From the NCBI RefSeq assembly GCF_009914755.1, contig NC_060935.1: 64,000 nucleotides of DNA; one strand, 5' to 3'. Shown one piece after another: positions 25,939 to 41,797 of this stretch. Position 1 is the first letter of the stretch. Every line of letters begins with the position of its first letter. The position numbers were made by a program, and so were the translations under genes. Below the pieces are notes generated by a model. That model made no database searches, had not been told where the DNA came from, and worked only from the letters and a program-made list of their open reading frames with translations. The stretch is from the human T2T-CHM13v2.0 reference genome, Homo sapiens.

Positions 25939-26172
25939 AGAGCAAGGGATTCGGTACTGGATCTGTCTTAAATTCTTATTCCACCACTTACTCACTATAT
26001 GACTGTTGATAGTTACTTGAGTGAGCTTCTTCATCTATGTGTATAATAATATGAATATTACTGGAATATGATAAACATATTCCCCAGAATGTACTAAGCA
26101 CGTTAAGTACATTTTAGCCACCTCCATCATCATCATCATTATTCCTTTGTATAATAGGGAGAGATATAAAAA

Positions 26173-26501
26173 GTGTCCTTGGGGAGTTGGTTCCAGGAAC
26201 CCTCCCAGACACCAACATTCACAGATGCTCAAGTCCTTTATATAAAATGGTATAGTATTTGCATATAACCTATACACATCCTCTCATATACTTTAAATCA
26301 TCTCTAGGTTACTTATAATACCTAATACGATGGTAATGCTATGGAAATAGTTGTTATACTGCATTGTTTAGGGAATGATGACAAGAAAAAAAGTCTATAC
26401 ATGTTCAATACGGACACAACCATCCTTTTTCCCCAAATATTTTTGATTCACAGCAGGTTGAATCCATGGATGTGGAACCAAAGAATACAGAAAGCTGACT
26501 G
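26173..26501 (+). mobile_element. MER2 (TcMar-Tigger) DNA transposon, 5' end clipped
   Basis: ttggttccagga...gatgctcaagtcctttatataaaatgg...tactttaaatcatctctag...gttgaatccatggatgtggaacc. Confidence 0.92.
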
Positions 26502-26699
26502 TGTGTGTATATACTTATTTCTTTATTCATCTCTATAATATTTGTATGTGTGTATATATATGTTCCCATTATATGTCCTATTTATATACATATATCCCCA
26601 TTATATGTAATAGATACATATATAAAGGTGATATATATATTATGTTCCCATACATATTTTTATGTATATGTACGTCTGTGTGTACATATATATATATGT

Positions 26700-26750
<51 letters not shown>
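26502..26750. repeat. TA-rich low complexity ending in (TG)10(TA)14
   Basis: Directly visible. Confidence 0.95.
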
Positions 26751-26753
<3 letters not shown>

Positions 26754-28089
26754 CTCCCCATTATACAAATGAATATGATGATGATGATGGTGGTAGTGCC
26801 CAAAATGTATTTAATGTGCTTTGTACATACTAGGGAATATATACACACACACATTACTTTTTTTTGCAGGGATCTTGATACATAAAGATTACATGTGTAA
26901 AGTGGCTAGCACAATGCCTAGCACAGAATACATACAAAATGGGTATATCTGTTATGATTAGTATTGGTAATCTCAGGTAGATGAGAGGACGGTCCCCTCC
27001 CCACATTCCACAATTTCTCTTCATCCCTCCAGGGACTACCCATCTTCAAGTACCTGTATTCTCTCTGGATCATTTCTATCTCTACCTCTTCCTCATTTTT
27101 CTCAAATGGCTTCCTTGTTTATCCCCATCCTTCTCACCTGTCTGCTACCTCACACTTTTTCTCTTTCTTGCTCTATTTTTATTTCTCCTTTCAGACTCTA
27201 GGTAACTTCTTCCCATACCAGTTGTCTTATATCTAGGTCTCTAGACAGTATAAATTAAATTTGGAAGTAGAAGCAACCAAGTAAATTAAGCAGTGTGTAT
27301 GCTCATTTTAAGTTAAATCTCTTGCATGTTACGTGTATGACATAAAATTGTGCATTTAAAAGATACATATAACAGGTTAAATTATTTGTTGTTTTGCATT
27401 GCATATGTTTAAAAGACTGTTTTGGTTATATCATTTAATGTATTACTTATGTGAACATCTTCCCTGTTACTTGAAGTGCAAAATGAATGGATTGATATGT
27501 AAATGATAAGCAAATCCAGTGAATATGCATATTAACATTGTTTTGAAGAACACTTGCATTTTAAGATAGAACTTCCACAGAAGCAAATACAAATTTTATT
27601 ATTCCAATCATAGAGTTAATCAAACAGCAATGACTATTACATTGCTTTTTAAAAATATGCCTAAGGGTTAACCACTAGAATATTCTCAGTTAACCTACAA
27701 CTGTGTGACAGAATATCTCAGGAGACAAGGGTTGGTTTAGTAAAAAGAACAGGAAACTTGTGATTCAGACAACTAAATTTGAAATTTGGTTATCCAATTT
27801 ATCTCCCATGTGAATCTAACATTTCTGATCAAGTGTCCTTTTCAGTATAATGAGAATAATTATAGTTACTTCCTAGGATTATGAATAAATGAATGAATGG
27901 TACATATTATGGGCCAGGTACAATTTTAGGTGTTGGGGTACAACGATACACAAAACAAACAAAATTCTCTGCTCTCCTGGCACTTAGATTCTAACAGAGG
28001 ACAAAGACAATAAACAAATAATGATATAATGAATATATGGAAATAATATATATCACTGAACAACTTTTCAGGATGAAATGAGATCATCA

Positions 28090-29190
28090 CTACTAACATC
28101 CAGTGAACATGTCTATGTCCTTATCTTATAGATCATTGATGAAATCTAATGGACATCTGTTTGTCTTTATCTTATAGATCTATTGGCAGAATTTTAATCA
28201 GATAACCCATTCTTCCCTATTGAAACACTTCCTTCATTTGAATTCTGTGATCGTCACTCTTTTTTTTTTTTTTTTGACACAGGATCTCACTCTGTCACCC
28301 AGTCTGGAGTGCAGTGGCCAATCTCAGCTCACTGCAACCTTCACCTCTTGGGTTCAGGTGATATCCCTGCCTCAGCCTCTTGAGTAGCTGGGACTAGAGA
28401 TGCACACCAACACACCCAGCTAATTTTTGTATTTTTAGTAGAGATAGGGTTTCACCACGTTGGCCAGGCTGGTCTCGAACTCCTGATCCACCTGCCTCAG
28501 CCTCCCAAAGTGCTGAGATTACAGGTGTGAGCTACTGCACCAGGCCTGATATTTACTCTTTTGATTATCATTGTACCTCAAGGTCTTCTCGTCTTCTTTG
28601 CTGTCTTTTTTTCCTCTTCCTGACCTTTAAAAGTTGGAGTTTTCTAGGTTCAGTCCTAGGTTCTCTTATCTGTAACTCCTTTCAAGGTGATCTCATCTAG
28701 AATCTTATCCTCTTAAATATCATACATATTCTTATGAGGATGAAATATATATCTCTATCCCTGACCTCCTTTTCTGTCCTGCAGGTTTCTATATATATCT
28801 ACTTTTTGACTTGAAATCTTCACTTATGTGTCTAACATATCTCTTAAACTTAACAAGTCCAAAACAGAACTATAGGTTACCAATGCCTCAAACCTCTTTT
28901 CTACCCCATGTAGAGGTAAATGGAACCATCTTTCATTCTGTTACATACGCCTGTAAACTAAGAATCACTCCTAGTCTTCCCTATTACTCATCCTTCACAA
29001 CCAATACATCAACAGGTCCTTCCAAATCTATCTCCAATTATTTCTTGAATAGTTTACTGCTCTCTATCTCCATTGTTTCTGCTCTGTAATAAACTACAAC
29101 TACTCTCACCTGTGATACATCAAAAATGTCACCCTCCAATCCATTCTCTCCCTAGCAATCACAGTAATGTTTAGGAAACTGAAGTTATAA
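28090..29190 (+). mobile_element. L2 fragment, split by an Alu and by the MLT1 provirus; resumes at about 31894-32490
   Basis: ttgaaacacttccttcatttgaattctgtga...atctctatccctgacctcc...caatccattctc; 3' end ggcatgtagttgg...gagaatga. Confidence 0.75.
28260..28546 (-). mobile_element. Alu (old AluS/AluJ)
   Basis: Reverse Alu dimer with T tail; degenerate TSD tgatcgtcactctttt / tgatatttactctttt. Confidence 0.95.
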
Positions 29191-29192
29191 CG

Positions 29193-31893
<2,701 letters not shown>

Positions 31894-32739
31894 GCATGTC
31901 AAGCATGTCGCTCATTCACCTAACATCAATGACTTCTCATTAACAGATAGAATACCATCCAAAATCTAAAATCCTTCCCATTACATTTAAGTTCCTCCAT
32001 AATACTTGTCCTTTCCTACATATACAACCTCATCTTTTGCCATATTCCTCTCCATGCTATAATCTAGCCATATTATCTCCTTTTTTTTTCCTAGACCCTA
32101 ACAAGGTGTTGTTGTTGCTGTTGTTCTGCCATAGTCTTTGCACTTGTGGTTGCTTCATTCTTGAATTATTTCTCATCATCTCTTAGCACAACTGGTTCCT
32201 TCTTACCCTCTAGATGTTAGTTCAAATGTCACTTCCTCAGACAGGTCTTTCTTACCTATGTTTTCTTCAGTTACGATATGTCACATTTTCTAAGGCATTT
32301 CTTTTATAGCACTTACAACGACACTGTTGCAAGTATTTGTGTACTTTGGTGCTGTTTCCATCTTAGAAAGCTTGAACATCAAAAGACCTATGACATTATC
32401 TATCTTTTTCACTGCTGTGTGTCCCCACTTCTACACCTAGACAGGTTTTGGCATGTAGTTGGCAGTAACATATTGCTATTGAGAGAATGATTTAATTAAA
32501 GTGAAGAAATGGGTATTATTTATAAAATATTTATTATGATATCTAACTGCCTCCAGAAAACGATTTTCTTTTACAAAATATTCCATTTCTAATTATTTAT
32601 TCAATTTTGCCTTACTTTGACTGATTAAAAATTCCTTGATGGTAAAAAACCATGTTATTTCTGACTAATTAATGCCCCTTGGTCTTGGGCAACTAGGATG
32701 GTTGGTCATTCTATCTGCCACACACTAATGCTGCTTGAA

Positions 32740-33002
32740 GATATATGTTGCCCTGTTACTGAATTCTGACCAATGGTATGAGAAAAGAAATCATGTACCT
32801 CTTTTCCAGACCTAGCCCTTAAAAATTTGCTATGCAACATCTTATTATTTCCCCAAATGGCAGTTGAACAGAGAGAAGTCTGAAGACTTAGAGGAGGAAG
32901 AGTCTGAATTGCTAAATGACTAGCTGTAGCGGACCTTACCACCCACTTCGACTTTAGCAAAACATACAGGACTGTGATCTGAGCAATAAATAAACTTTTA
33001 TG
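32740..33002 (+). mobile_element. MLT1 (J/K-like) LTR fragment
   Basis: ttactgaattctgaccaatggtatgag...gactgtgatctgagcaataaataaacttttatg. Confidence 0.65.
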
Positions 33003-33004
33003 GG

Positions 33005-33620
33005 ATACTCACAGCTAACATCACACCTAATGCTGAAAGAATGGATGCGTTTCCACTAGGGTGAGGAATAAGACAAGGGTGTTTGCTCTTACCACTTGTA
33101 TCCAACAATGTACTGGAATATCTAGCCAGGGCAATTAGTCAAGAATATAAAATAAAAAGCATCTGGATTGAAAAGGATGAAGTAAACTTAACTCTATTTG
33201 CAGATGACATAATTTATACAGAGTATCTTAAAGAATCCACAAAAAGCTAATAGAATAAACAGATTCAGCAAGGTTGCAGGATGCAAGATGAACATACAAA
33301 AATCAGTTATATTTTTATACACTAACAATGAATAATCCAAAAATGAAATTAAGAAAACAATTTTATTTTTAATTACATAGAAAGAATAAAATATTTAGGA
33401 ATAAATTTAGCAAAATAAGTAAAAGACTTGTATACCAAAATTACAAAATATCATTGAAAAAATAAAAGTTCTGACCAACTAAAAAGACAGGTCATGTTTA
33501 TGGGCTGCAAGGCTTAATACTGTTAAGATAACAGTGCTCTTCAAACTAATCTACAAATTTCATGCAATCTTTTTCAAAATCCCAGTTACTTTTATTCCCC
33601 CAGAAATTGATATGACTCAA
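33005..33620 (+). mobile_element. L1M ORF2 (RT region) fragment, decayed
   Basis: ggaataagacaagggtg...ctctatttgcagatgacat (LFADD)...ttcagcaaggttgcaggat. Confidence 0.9.
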
Positions 33621-33621
33621 A

Positions 33622-33945
33622 TTAATAGGAATAAGTGAATGAATATTCAAAAACAGAACATATCATGTAATCAGCATCCAGAACATTACTTGCATCCCAG
33701 AATACCTCCATATGCTGCCATCCAGTCACTTCTTTCCAAGAGTAGCCATTATACAGCAATGTGACAGGATGGATTAATTTTAGCTGCTTTTGTACTTGAC
33801 AGAATAGAATCATGTTGTGTGTACTCTTTAATGTCTGTCTTCCTTCACATGTTATTATATTTGAGAGTTTCATGCATATTGTTGCACATATTTTCTGGCA
33901 GTTTATTTTTATTGCTATATAGTATTCCACTATATGAGTATATGA
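33622..33945 (-). mobile_element. L1ME fragment
   Basis: ttttattgctatatagtattccactatatg; the minus ORF MEYYIAIK resembles the ORF2 C-terminus. Confidence 0.75.
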
Positions 33946-34329
33946 CCTGTAATACAGTGAGCCTGGCTCTGGTCCCTTGACATATGGTTCTCTCAGTTCC
34001 TATTAACTCACTGGAATTGAATTCCTGCCCAAATTGGAGCCCAGGAGTTTTGTGGCTTCAGCCCCCACTGTTAGCTGTATGTTTCTATTCCATTTCTGCC
34101 CTGAAGAAAGATGATTATCAGTCTTACATGAGCAATGCAATGCTATTATCTTTGTACCACCTATGACCATGGGTTTAGAGCAGTAAGATGTAAACTCATA
34201 AAACCAACTTTTTGGGGAGTTGATGGAGGGTGTAGTCTTTCTGATTTTATCATAAAGAAAGTCTCATTTGGTGTGAGTAAATCTCAACTATACACACACA
34301 TATATATTTTTTAAATACAGAGATAATAT

Positions 34330-34595
34330 GTTTCTTAGAGTCATTAACAGACAAGGTTTCTAGCTATAATTTAATAATATCGTTTTCAAAGTATTTTTAT
34401 TTAAATTATATTCTATATATGTTAAATGATATAGATTTTTATTATGATAGTTATATACAATTTTGTATTTAAGTAAACATGAAGTAAAATTGGGTCACAA
34501 TAAAAATATTAATTAAATAATATTTCAGATGGTAAATGAACATGTCAAAAATCATTAAGGTGGTAAGTAAATGATTTAAGCTTGGGATACTTTTA
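34330..34595. mobile_element. MER113-like hAT-Charlie fragment
   Basis: cagatggtaaatgaacatgtcaaaaatcattaaggtggtaagtaaatgatttaagcttggga. Confidence 0.6.
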
Positions 34596-35569
34596 ATGAA
34601 CCGATTTGACAGCTCAGCTTTCATTTATTTATTTAGAATACAAATTCCAGATCTATATTTACCTTTTGGATCAATGGGTGAGCCTACCTGCAGGAAATCT
34701 GCAGCTATAGCTGCTTCTTTTTATACATCATCCCTTGCTCTAATCTCCTCCATAGCAATCAGAGCTAATGAGCTGCAACTGATTACATAGGGTCATTGTG
34801 TTAATAATTCCATGGAGTAAAAACATTTTCAAAAAGATCCTTGGATCTAAGACATGATAAGACAATCCAAGGAAAGTGCACCAGATGATATAATTTCAGG
34901 CACAACATCAAGAAAACGTGATGCAAGTCTGAACCTTACTTATGGTTTAATCCATGAAGGGCAAATAGGTGTAAACTCACATGCTAACACCAGCCTATTG
35001 ATACTTGCCTCTGTAGTGTTGTGTTCAGAAGGATTCTGAAGGAAAACCTGCAATATTAGGAAAGAATGTCACCGGCATGGGTGTGGGAAGTGTCAGAATT
35101 TGTGGTATGCGTTTGCCATCTTTGATTTAGAGAGTAATAAATAGTCCTGATCTTTGATGATCTCAGATACCAGAAAAAAAGTTCTTCACTAGAATGCTGA
35201 AGTATAAGACAGTATATACTTAAGGTAACTACAAAATAAATGAAATATAACCTGGTTCATTGTACCAAACATATGTTTATTGGGACAAATCAACTTCAAG
35301 AGTAAAATAAAATGAAAATACTAGAAGACAAATGGGTTAATAAGGATGGAATAAAAAAGGGATTTGGCAGATATCTGGTAGCTTTTAAGGAGAACAGTTT
35401 AATCTTCAAAATTAACAACACTAGAGAAAATGTCTTTCCAGAAAAAAATAAAATAAAAAAGTTGCCATAGTAACTAGTGCTAGAACCTCCACACAGACCA
35501 AATTTAGCAAAGCTAAACTTACTTTTTAATTGTATAAAATATTCAATTGAAAAAGGAAGAAAAGCAAAA

Positions 35570-35760
35570 TTGGATTTATTTTGCACCTACTATGTTCCAG
35601 GTGCTTCACACAGTTTCCTCAGTAATTATCATGAGAATCCAGTAAAGAAGGAAGTATTAACTTCAGTTTTATTGATGAAAAACTTGAGGTTCAGAGTGGT
35701 TATTTGCTTTGAACTACACTAAAATTGGAGGAGCAAGGTTTCCTGAGTCTGTGTTTTTAA
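35570..35760 (-). mobile_element. MIR SINE
   Basis: cacctactatgttccagg...ttttattgatgaaaaacttgaggttcagag. Confidence 0.7.
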
Positions 35761-36869
35761 AAGACTCTGAATAACCCTATTTGCTTCTTTGATAGACTAC
35801 ATTATTTGTCTGGAGGCTACAGAAAGACACTATTGCCATTTTGAAAGGCAAACGTGACCCAGTGAACATCAGGGTCTTTTATACTAAAGAGATAATATAA
35901 CGTGAAAAGGGAAAGTTTCTTTTTCAATAATATTACTCACTGGGGAACTGGTGGACTGCCCAATTCTTCCTGAGGACAGTCAGACTTGTAAGAGAGGCAT
36001 CTGGACAATTTCTTATTTGTCTTGTTCAAACATTATCCAAATACTTACCAAACTTCTCTCAAATCATATATCTTAAAATAAGATAAATATCATAATTTCC
36101 ATTCCAATTTCAGTTTATCTGTTCTCTCATGTATTAAAGAAACATTTATTTAGTGCCTACCCTGCATCGAGCACTGTGCTAGGTCTTAGGAATTGGAGAA
36201 AATCAGTCCAGCAAGATAATGCTTTCCTCTGCCACATGACATTAGCAACAATCCTTAACTTTACTGAGGGCAAACAAGACCATTGAAAACCCCTAGTCTT
36301 CCTTCTTCTCACAGCAAACCATTCCACAATTAGCCCAAGCCTTTGTTCAGAAATTGAATCATTTGTACTCAAGGGAAATTCCAATATAAGCCCTCTGAAA
36401 TTTGGTTATCTGAGGATTTTTATCAGACAGGGAAGTAAAGCAAGCTGACTGAATACCAATAAAGAATTTGATCCGAGTGGGAGTTAGATGATCTTTCTCA
36501 TTTTAAGATGTCTTAAGGAATCAGTAAGAGAACAATTGAAATGTGGTATGTGAGCTCTGGAGGCCTGCAATTGTCCCTAACAGCCATGGAGGATGGGGAA
36601 ATCCCATTGACCTAGTTTGCTACAGACTCATAATACTGGGGATTAACTAAGCCATTGCTTATATGTTGACAGGATGAGGTGAATTGGGTTCCAGCCTAGT
36701 TCCCACAAGGCATTAAGGACAGAAATGTCTTCAACAACCATCCACAAACAATGGAATAAAATCCAAACTTCTTAGACTAACTTTCAGCATCAAATCACTG
36801 GCCCTCTTACAATCTCTTGTTATTGCCCAATATAAACCTGCCTAACAAGTAGAACAAAAGTGTATCTGT

Positions 36870-37020
36870 GACCATGGAAAAGTTTTTCTTTTTTTTTTAA
36901 ACCCCTCTGAGCATCAGTTTCCTCATTTGCAAGACTGGAATGGTATTAGTATTTGCCTCTAGACATTCCTGGATGATTAAATAAGTTAACACATACAAAA
37001 CCTGTGAAGTAGCAGATGAT
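36870..37020 (+). mobile_element. MIR SINE
   Basis: ctctgagcatcagtttcctcatttgcaagactgg. Confidence 0.75.
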
Positions 37021-38481
37021 GCTACCACCACTACCAATCATACTACTTTTGGTAACAGCTAGACTCACTGTTCAGCATTAAGTTTACCAAAGGCAAAAAC
37101 ATCCACTGAAAACCCCTGTCTTCTATTTTCATGAAGCCAACTATTTCCCAGTTAACCCAAATCTTTGTTCAGAAGTTGTATTATTTGTACTCACGGGGAA
37201 TTCCAGTGAGAGCCATTTTGAAATTCAGTCACTTATGGGCATCTGCATGATTTATACATTCCTGTTTCCATGTCTGTCCCTGCCCAAAATGCCTTCTTCA
37301 TTCCTCATTATCGAGGCAAGTTCAAACCGTGTATTAAAGCCTACTATAAATCCTACCCACCCATGAATTGTGGACTGCTCTCTGTACCCCATAGTGATTC
37401 TTTTATTGTGAAATGCCACTTACTGTGACACTCATCACATATTTCTATTATATATTGGTGCAAAAATCTTCTCTCATTGAGAAGACTTAGCTCTGTGAGG
37501 GCAGTTGCTAAACTGTCTACTTTATTTTTAAACCTCTCTAAGTATCTACCTAGCACAATTCATATCTAGAAGGTGCTCAGGAAATAATAGTTGGTTGACA
37601 GATTCAAATGGAGGACAGGAAGCCTTGTAGTTCCATGGTTGTGTCAGATGACGGGCTCAGAGGATTAAGGCTTTAAAACTACTAGAGAGGCTTATTCATG
37701 AGGCCTGAGCTTCAACCGGCCAATCATGTTTCTGCCCCATGTTAACTGCTACTGGCATAAACAGATAATTTGGTTATGGAATTTGAATCTCACACTTGGA
37801 TTTAACATCAAGTATTATACAAGCTAGTACCTGTTTCTGCTCATAAATGTGACTCCCATTTTGCTTCATGAGCAAGGTTTTGGTATCAAAGTGATAACCG
37901 GGAATAATGAATGCAGCTCCTTACTATATTTATTGACAGAATTGCTATTTTAATGTGAACAACAGCTAAAAAATGAAATGCCTTGTTTCTTACTTAAACA
38001 GCAGACAGGCATGAGACAATGTAGCTAGAGAGTAAAATATCTGAAGAGAACATTATTTTCCCCTTATCTCTCTGGCACTCAAAACTCTCCCATATTTCTA
38101 GAAGCAAACAATTCCCTTGTTTGGGTCATAAAAACAAGAAACATCTTCTCTCATTATTAAAACATGCAGCTCTTCCAAGGTGGTCACTCCTTGCTAGCTA
38201 AGAAAGGCAGAGTTCATACTGCAGAAGAATTATGCATGAGTTAGGGCTAGGAGTTACACTTGGGTAAAATCCTCAATTACTGTAGCTTCATTAATACATT
38301 CTTGGTGTCTTACTGCTGAGTGACTGTTCTGAATAAATTTTCCTTTCATGCATGCACTCAAAGAAATGACAAAATTCTGAATGAATTAGCAGTCAGCATC
38401 CAGGAGAGATTCTTCAGGTCATAGTTATTCAGAACTTCCTTTATTTGTCATAATGGGAAGAAAAGAAACGTGGAAATTTCA

Positions 38482-38810
38482 TAGAACCACAGAATCTCAG
38501 AGTTGGAACAGAGGCTAGCGATCATCTATCAGGTCACCCCCTTCCCAGATCCTCTTCCATCTGATGTGTAAATCCTCTCTAAAATAATTCCCCTGAAATG
38601 GTCACAGAGGGTTGCATAAAAAATTCCAATTGCAAGGGCCTTACTAACATCTCCTGATGCATTCCTTTTCATTACTCATTACAAAGTCATTTATGCTTAA
38701 CTAAAATCTGCCTTCCCATAGGTCCTCATTGTCCTCTCTAGGGCCACACAAAGTCATTCTAATCCTTCTTCGAAAAAACAGTCTTTTCAATATTTAAAGG
38801 GATGTCACAT
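38482..38810 (-). mobile_element. L3/CR1 LINE 3' fragment
   Basis: catagaaccacagaatctcagagttggaa...gatcatcta...ctaaaatctgcctt...gggccacaca...cttttcaatatttaaag. Confidence 0.7.
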
Positions 38811-40468
38811 ATTTCATCCTGTGAAAGTACGTTCATCAATGATAAGGAGACTGAGGGCTGCAAAAAGTCATGGCACTTCTCCATTGGGAAAGCTATTGGG
38901 AAATAAGGACAGTTGGGTCCCATTAGCATGGAAGAGAAGGAGATATCATGCAGGTTCCCTTCAGCCACCAGCTTCACTGGCTTCCTTCCTTGTGTTGTAC
39001 CCTAAACTTTCTCCTCTCTCTGAAGATGACTCTGCCATTTACCAGGTGTTCAAGCTATAAACTACCACTGTGTTACCCTTCACATATAATCCATTACCTG
39101 TCCTAAATATACCTTGAATATATTCACTTATTTCCATCTTTATCACTATTTATACTAGTCTAAGCTATTATCCTTCTTTATCTAAACTCATTTTAATTTT
39201 CTCATGGCTAGTCACCTCACTTCCATGCTTGTCAGTCTGTATTCTAAATTGAAAATCAGATCATATCCCACTCCTGCTTCAAACCCTTCAAAGGTTTCCT
39301 GCTCCTCTAAAGACTGAGACGAAAGTCCCTAACATAACTTTCAAGGCTCTGCCTCTCCTAGTGTCTGCCTTCTCTCAGCCTCTTTCTGCCTCTTCTCTAT
39401 ACTAGCCTTGCTGCGGTTCTTGTTAAATAAGAAAAGAGTAAAGAAAATAAATCTGAGGAGGCTGAAAAAGTAATATAAACAAGTAATATGAAGAAGTTAT
39501 TGAGGAAGTAAAAGAACCAAAAGTATGTTTTGTCACAAGCCAAGGGAAGAGATCATTTCTATAGGAGAGGAGTGTCAACAAATTCAAAGGCTGCAAGAAG
39601 GTCAAAGTAAGAAGAAGTTTGGCATCTTTGAAGCCATTGGTAAAATTACCAATGGCTTCAAAGATGCCAAATAAAAATACCAACTTTTCTGGGCAAAAAC
39701 AGTTAGAGATACAGACAGGTTACAATGAAGTGAAGCAAATATAGAGGGGAGAAAGCAGAGTAAGAAAAGTAGGAAGTATCTAGAAGGAGAAGCAAAGTCG
39801 AAAAGAAAATCTGTTTGTTTCTTTTTTAAATGGGCAGGTCCTATCAGGATTGAAGAGGTTAAAGAAACAATAAAGGAGTTAACTGATTAAACAAGGTTCC
39901 AGAAGAGATGAGAAGGTAAGATCAAGGCAACACATGATTATGCAAAATAGCTAGCACAGTGAGTCCTCAGTGAGTAATTTGAATATATGAAGAAGTAGTA
40001 TTGATTTTTTTTTAATGAGCTGGAAACTAGTATGTTTCAAAGGCACAGGAGGAATCAGTCTATGGAAAAGAGAAGGAATTCTTATTTCATTTTTAAGTAT
40101 GTAATATACAATGGATTTAAATAAGTTTTCTGTGAAACATAAGCAAATGTTTTAAATATTTTTAGTAAGTGTACTTTTAACACTAAATTGGTATGCATTT
40201 AACATATTCTTCATACTTTATTTAGTCCCTATTTTAAAAATTATTCCCACTTTGCTATGTCTCCCCATCTAATCCAGAATTATACTCATCTCAACATTGA
40301 TAAATTACAGTCTAAGTTGGATTCTGTACTTTCACATCTTGTCTTAAAGGAGGAACCAAGATCTTTGGCCTGTTGTTTGGATCTGTAGCTTGACATCTTG
40401 TTATTTCAATTCTAAAGTTGTTACCAATAAAATATGCTGTTATTCACCCAATATTTGTAGCCACTAAC

Positions 40469-40769
40469 TTTTTTTTTTTTTCTTTGAGACAAGGTCTCAC
40501 TGTGTGTCATGCAGGCTGGAGTGCAGTGATTCAGTCAATGCTCACTGTAGCCTGGACTTTCCAGACTCAAGCTATCCACCTTTTTTAGCCTCTTGAATAG
40601 CTGGGACCACAGGTACATGCCATCACAGCTGGCTAATTTTTGTATTTTTTGTAGAGATAAGGTTTCTCCATGCTGCCCAGGCTGGTCATGAACTCTTGAG
40701 CTCAAGTGATCTGCCTGCCTCAGCCTCCTAAAGTGCTGGGATTACAGGCGTGAGCCACCATGCCCAGCT
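40469..40769 (-). mobile_element. AluJ
   Basis: Reverse Alu with J-type features (aaggtctcac, ctcactgtagcc, gagctcaagtgatc). Confidence 0.95.
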
Positions 40770-41298
40770 AACCTAAAAATGTTTTCTTTTTTTTTATTTG
40801 CATATCCTTAAGGGCCAAGTTTAGAAACAGCAGTAGGTTTATAGTTGCCCAGAAAAGTCATTCCTACTATTAACAAGTAGAAAAGTGCAAGTCTGATTTT
40901 AAAAAAAAAAATTAAGTTACACAAAGTGCAACTTCTGATAGGAGTACCTGTTGCTTGAAAGAGTGGAAATCTGGGAAGATGGTAGAGTGAGATTTTCTTT
41001 CAAACAATGGCTCTGAAATTGTGCATTTGTCAAAGATTTGGTTAAAATAAAGCATTGAGGACCTTACCAGAGCTCTCTTCTTACTGATAGAGATGAATTA
41101 AGAAACTTCCCAATTGTCTCATATCTTATTTCTACTTACTGGTAATCTCTACTGTCTTTCCTCTTTAGAATCCCAAACTCCTGGCACATGGCAGGATATT
41201 TTTGTGAATTAATTAACACATGAGACATGTTTTTGTGAATTAGACAAGTACTCAATTACTTGAGACAAGTACTCAAACAAGTCTCAAGAATTACATGA

Positions 41299-41484
41299 GA
41301 CAAGTACTCAAACAAAAAGAAACAATTAGTTGTCTTTTTAATAAAAATATACACACTTTAAAACTAACATCATGGGAAATAGTTTGTACTTGTTTGTTTG
41401 ACAAGTACTCAAACAAAAAGAAACAATTAGTTCTCTTTTTAATAAAAATATACACATTTTAAAACTAACATCATGGGAAATAGT
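41299..41484. repeat. 85-bp direct duplication (41299-41383 and 41400-41484) with 16-bp filler
   Basis: Two mismatches between the copies. Confidence 0.95.
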
Positions 41485-41489
41485 AGAAA

Positions 41490-41735
41490 GAGGAGAGGAA
41501 GCAGATAACCAAGGTCTAAATCACATTTCAGGCACTTATTGTTTAGCTATATAACTTTGGTCAAGATGCTTAATCTTTTTATAACTTTTTATACGCTTCA
41601 TCTTTTTATACCTTAGTTTACACGTCTACGAAATGAGTTAATACAACCTACTTCATAGGACTCCTGCAGGGACTAAAGTGCCAGATACGAAGCACCTAGC
41701 ATAATTCTTGCAACCTAGTAGGTAATAAATAAATG
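41490..41735 (+). mobile_element. MIR SINE
   Basis: ataactttggtcaagatgcttaatc...cctacttcataggact. Confidence 0.65.
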
Positions 41736-41797
41736 TTTCTTCACTTCTACTTCTTCCCCTGAAAAAGTATAAAATGTAATTTGTTGCTCTTAAAGAA

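Larger units (their letters stand above)
26077..26840. repeat. Inverted repeat, arms about 26077-26164 and 26753-26840
   Basis: Right arm reverse-complements the left at roughly 80% identity, including the (CAT)n/(ATG)n run. Confidence 0.85.

Noticed and set aside
34685-34714. Minus-strand recursive splice site and 14-bp palindrome gcagctatagctgc
   Set aside because: Poor polypyrimidine tract; a single palindrome of this size is unremarkable in 64 kb
41243-41484. CRISPR-like repeat-spacer array
   Set aside because: Eukaryotic DNA, irregular spacing, spacers are not unique, no cas genes
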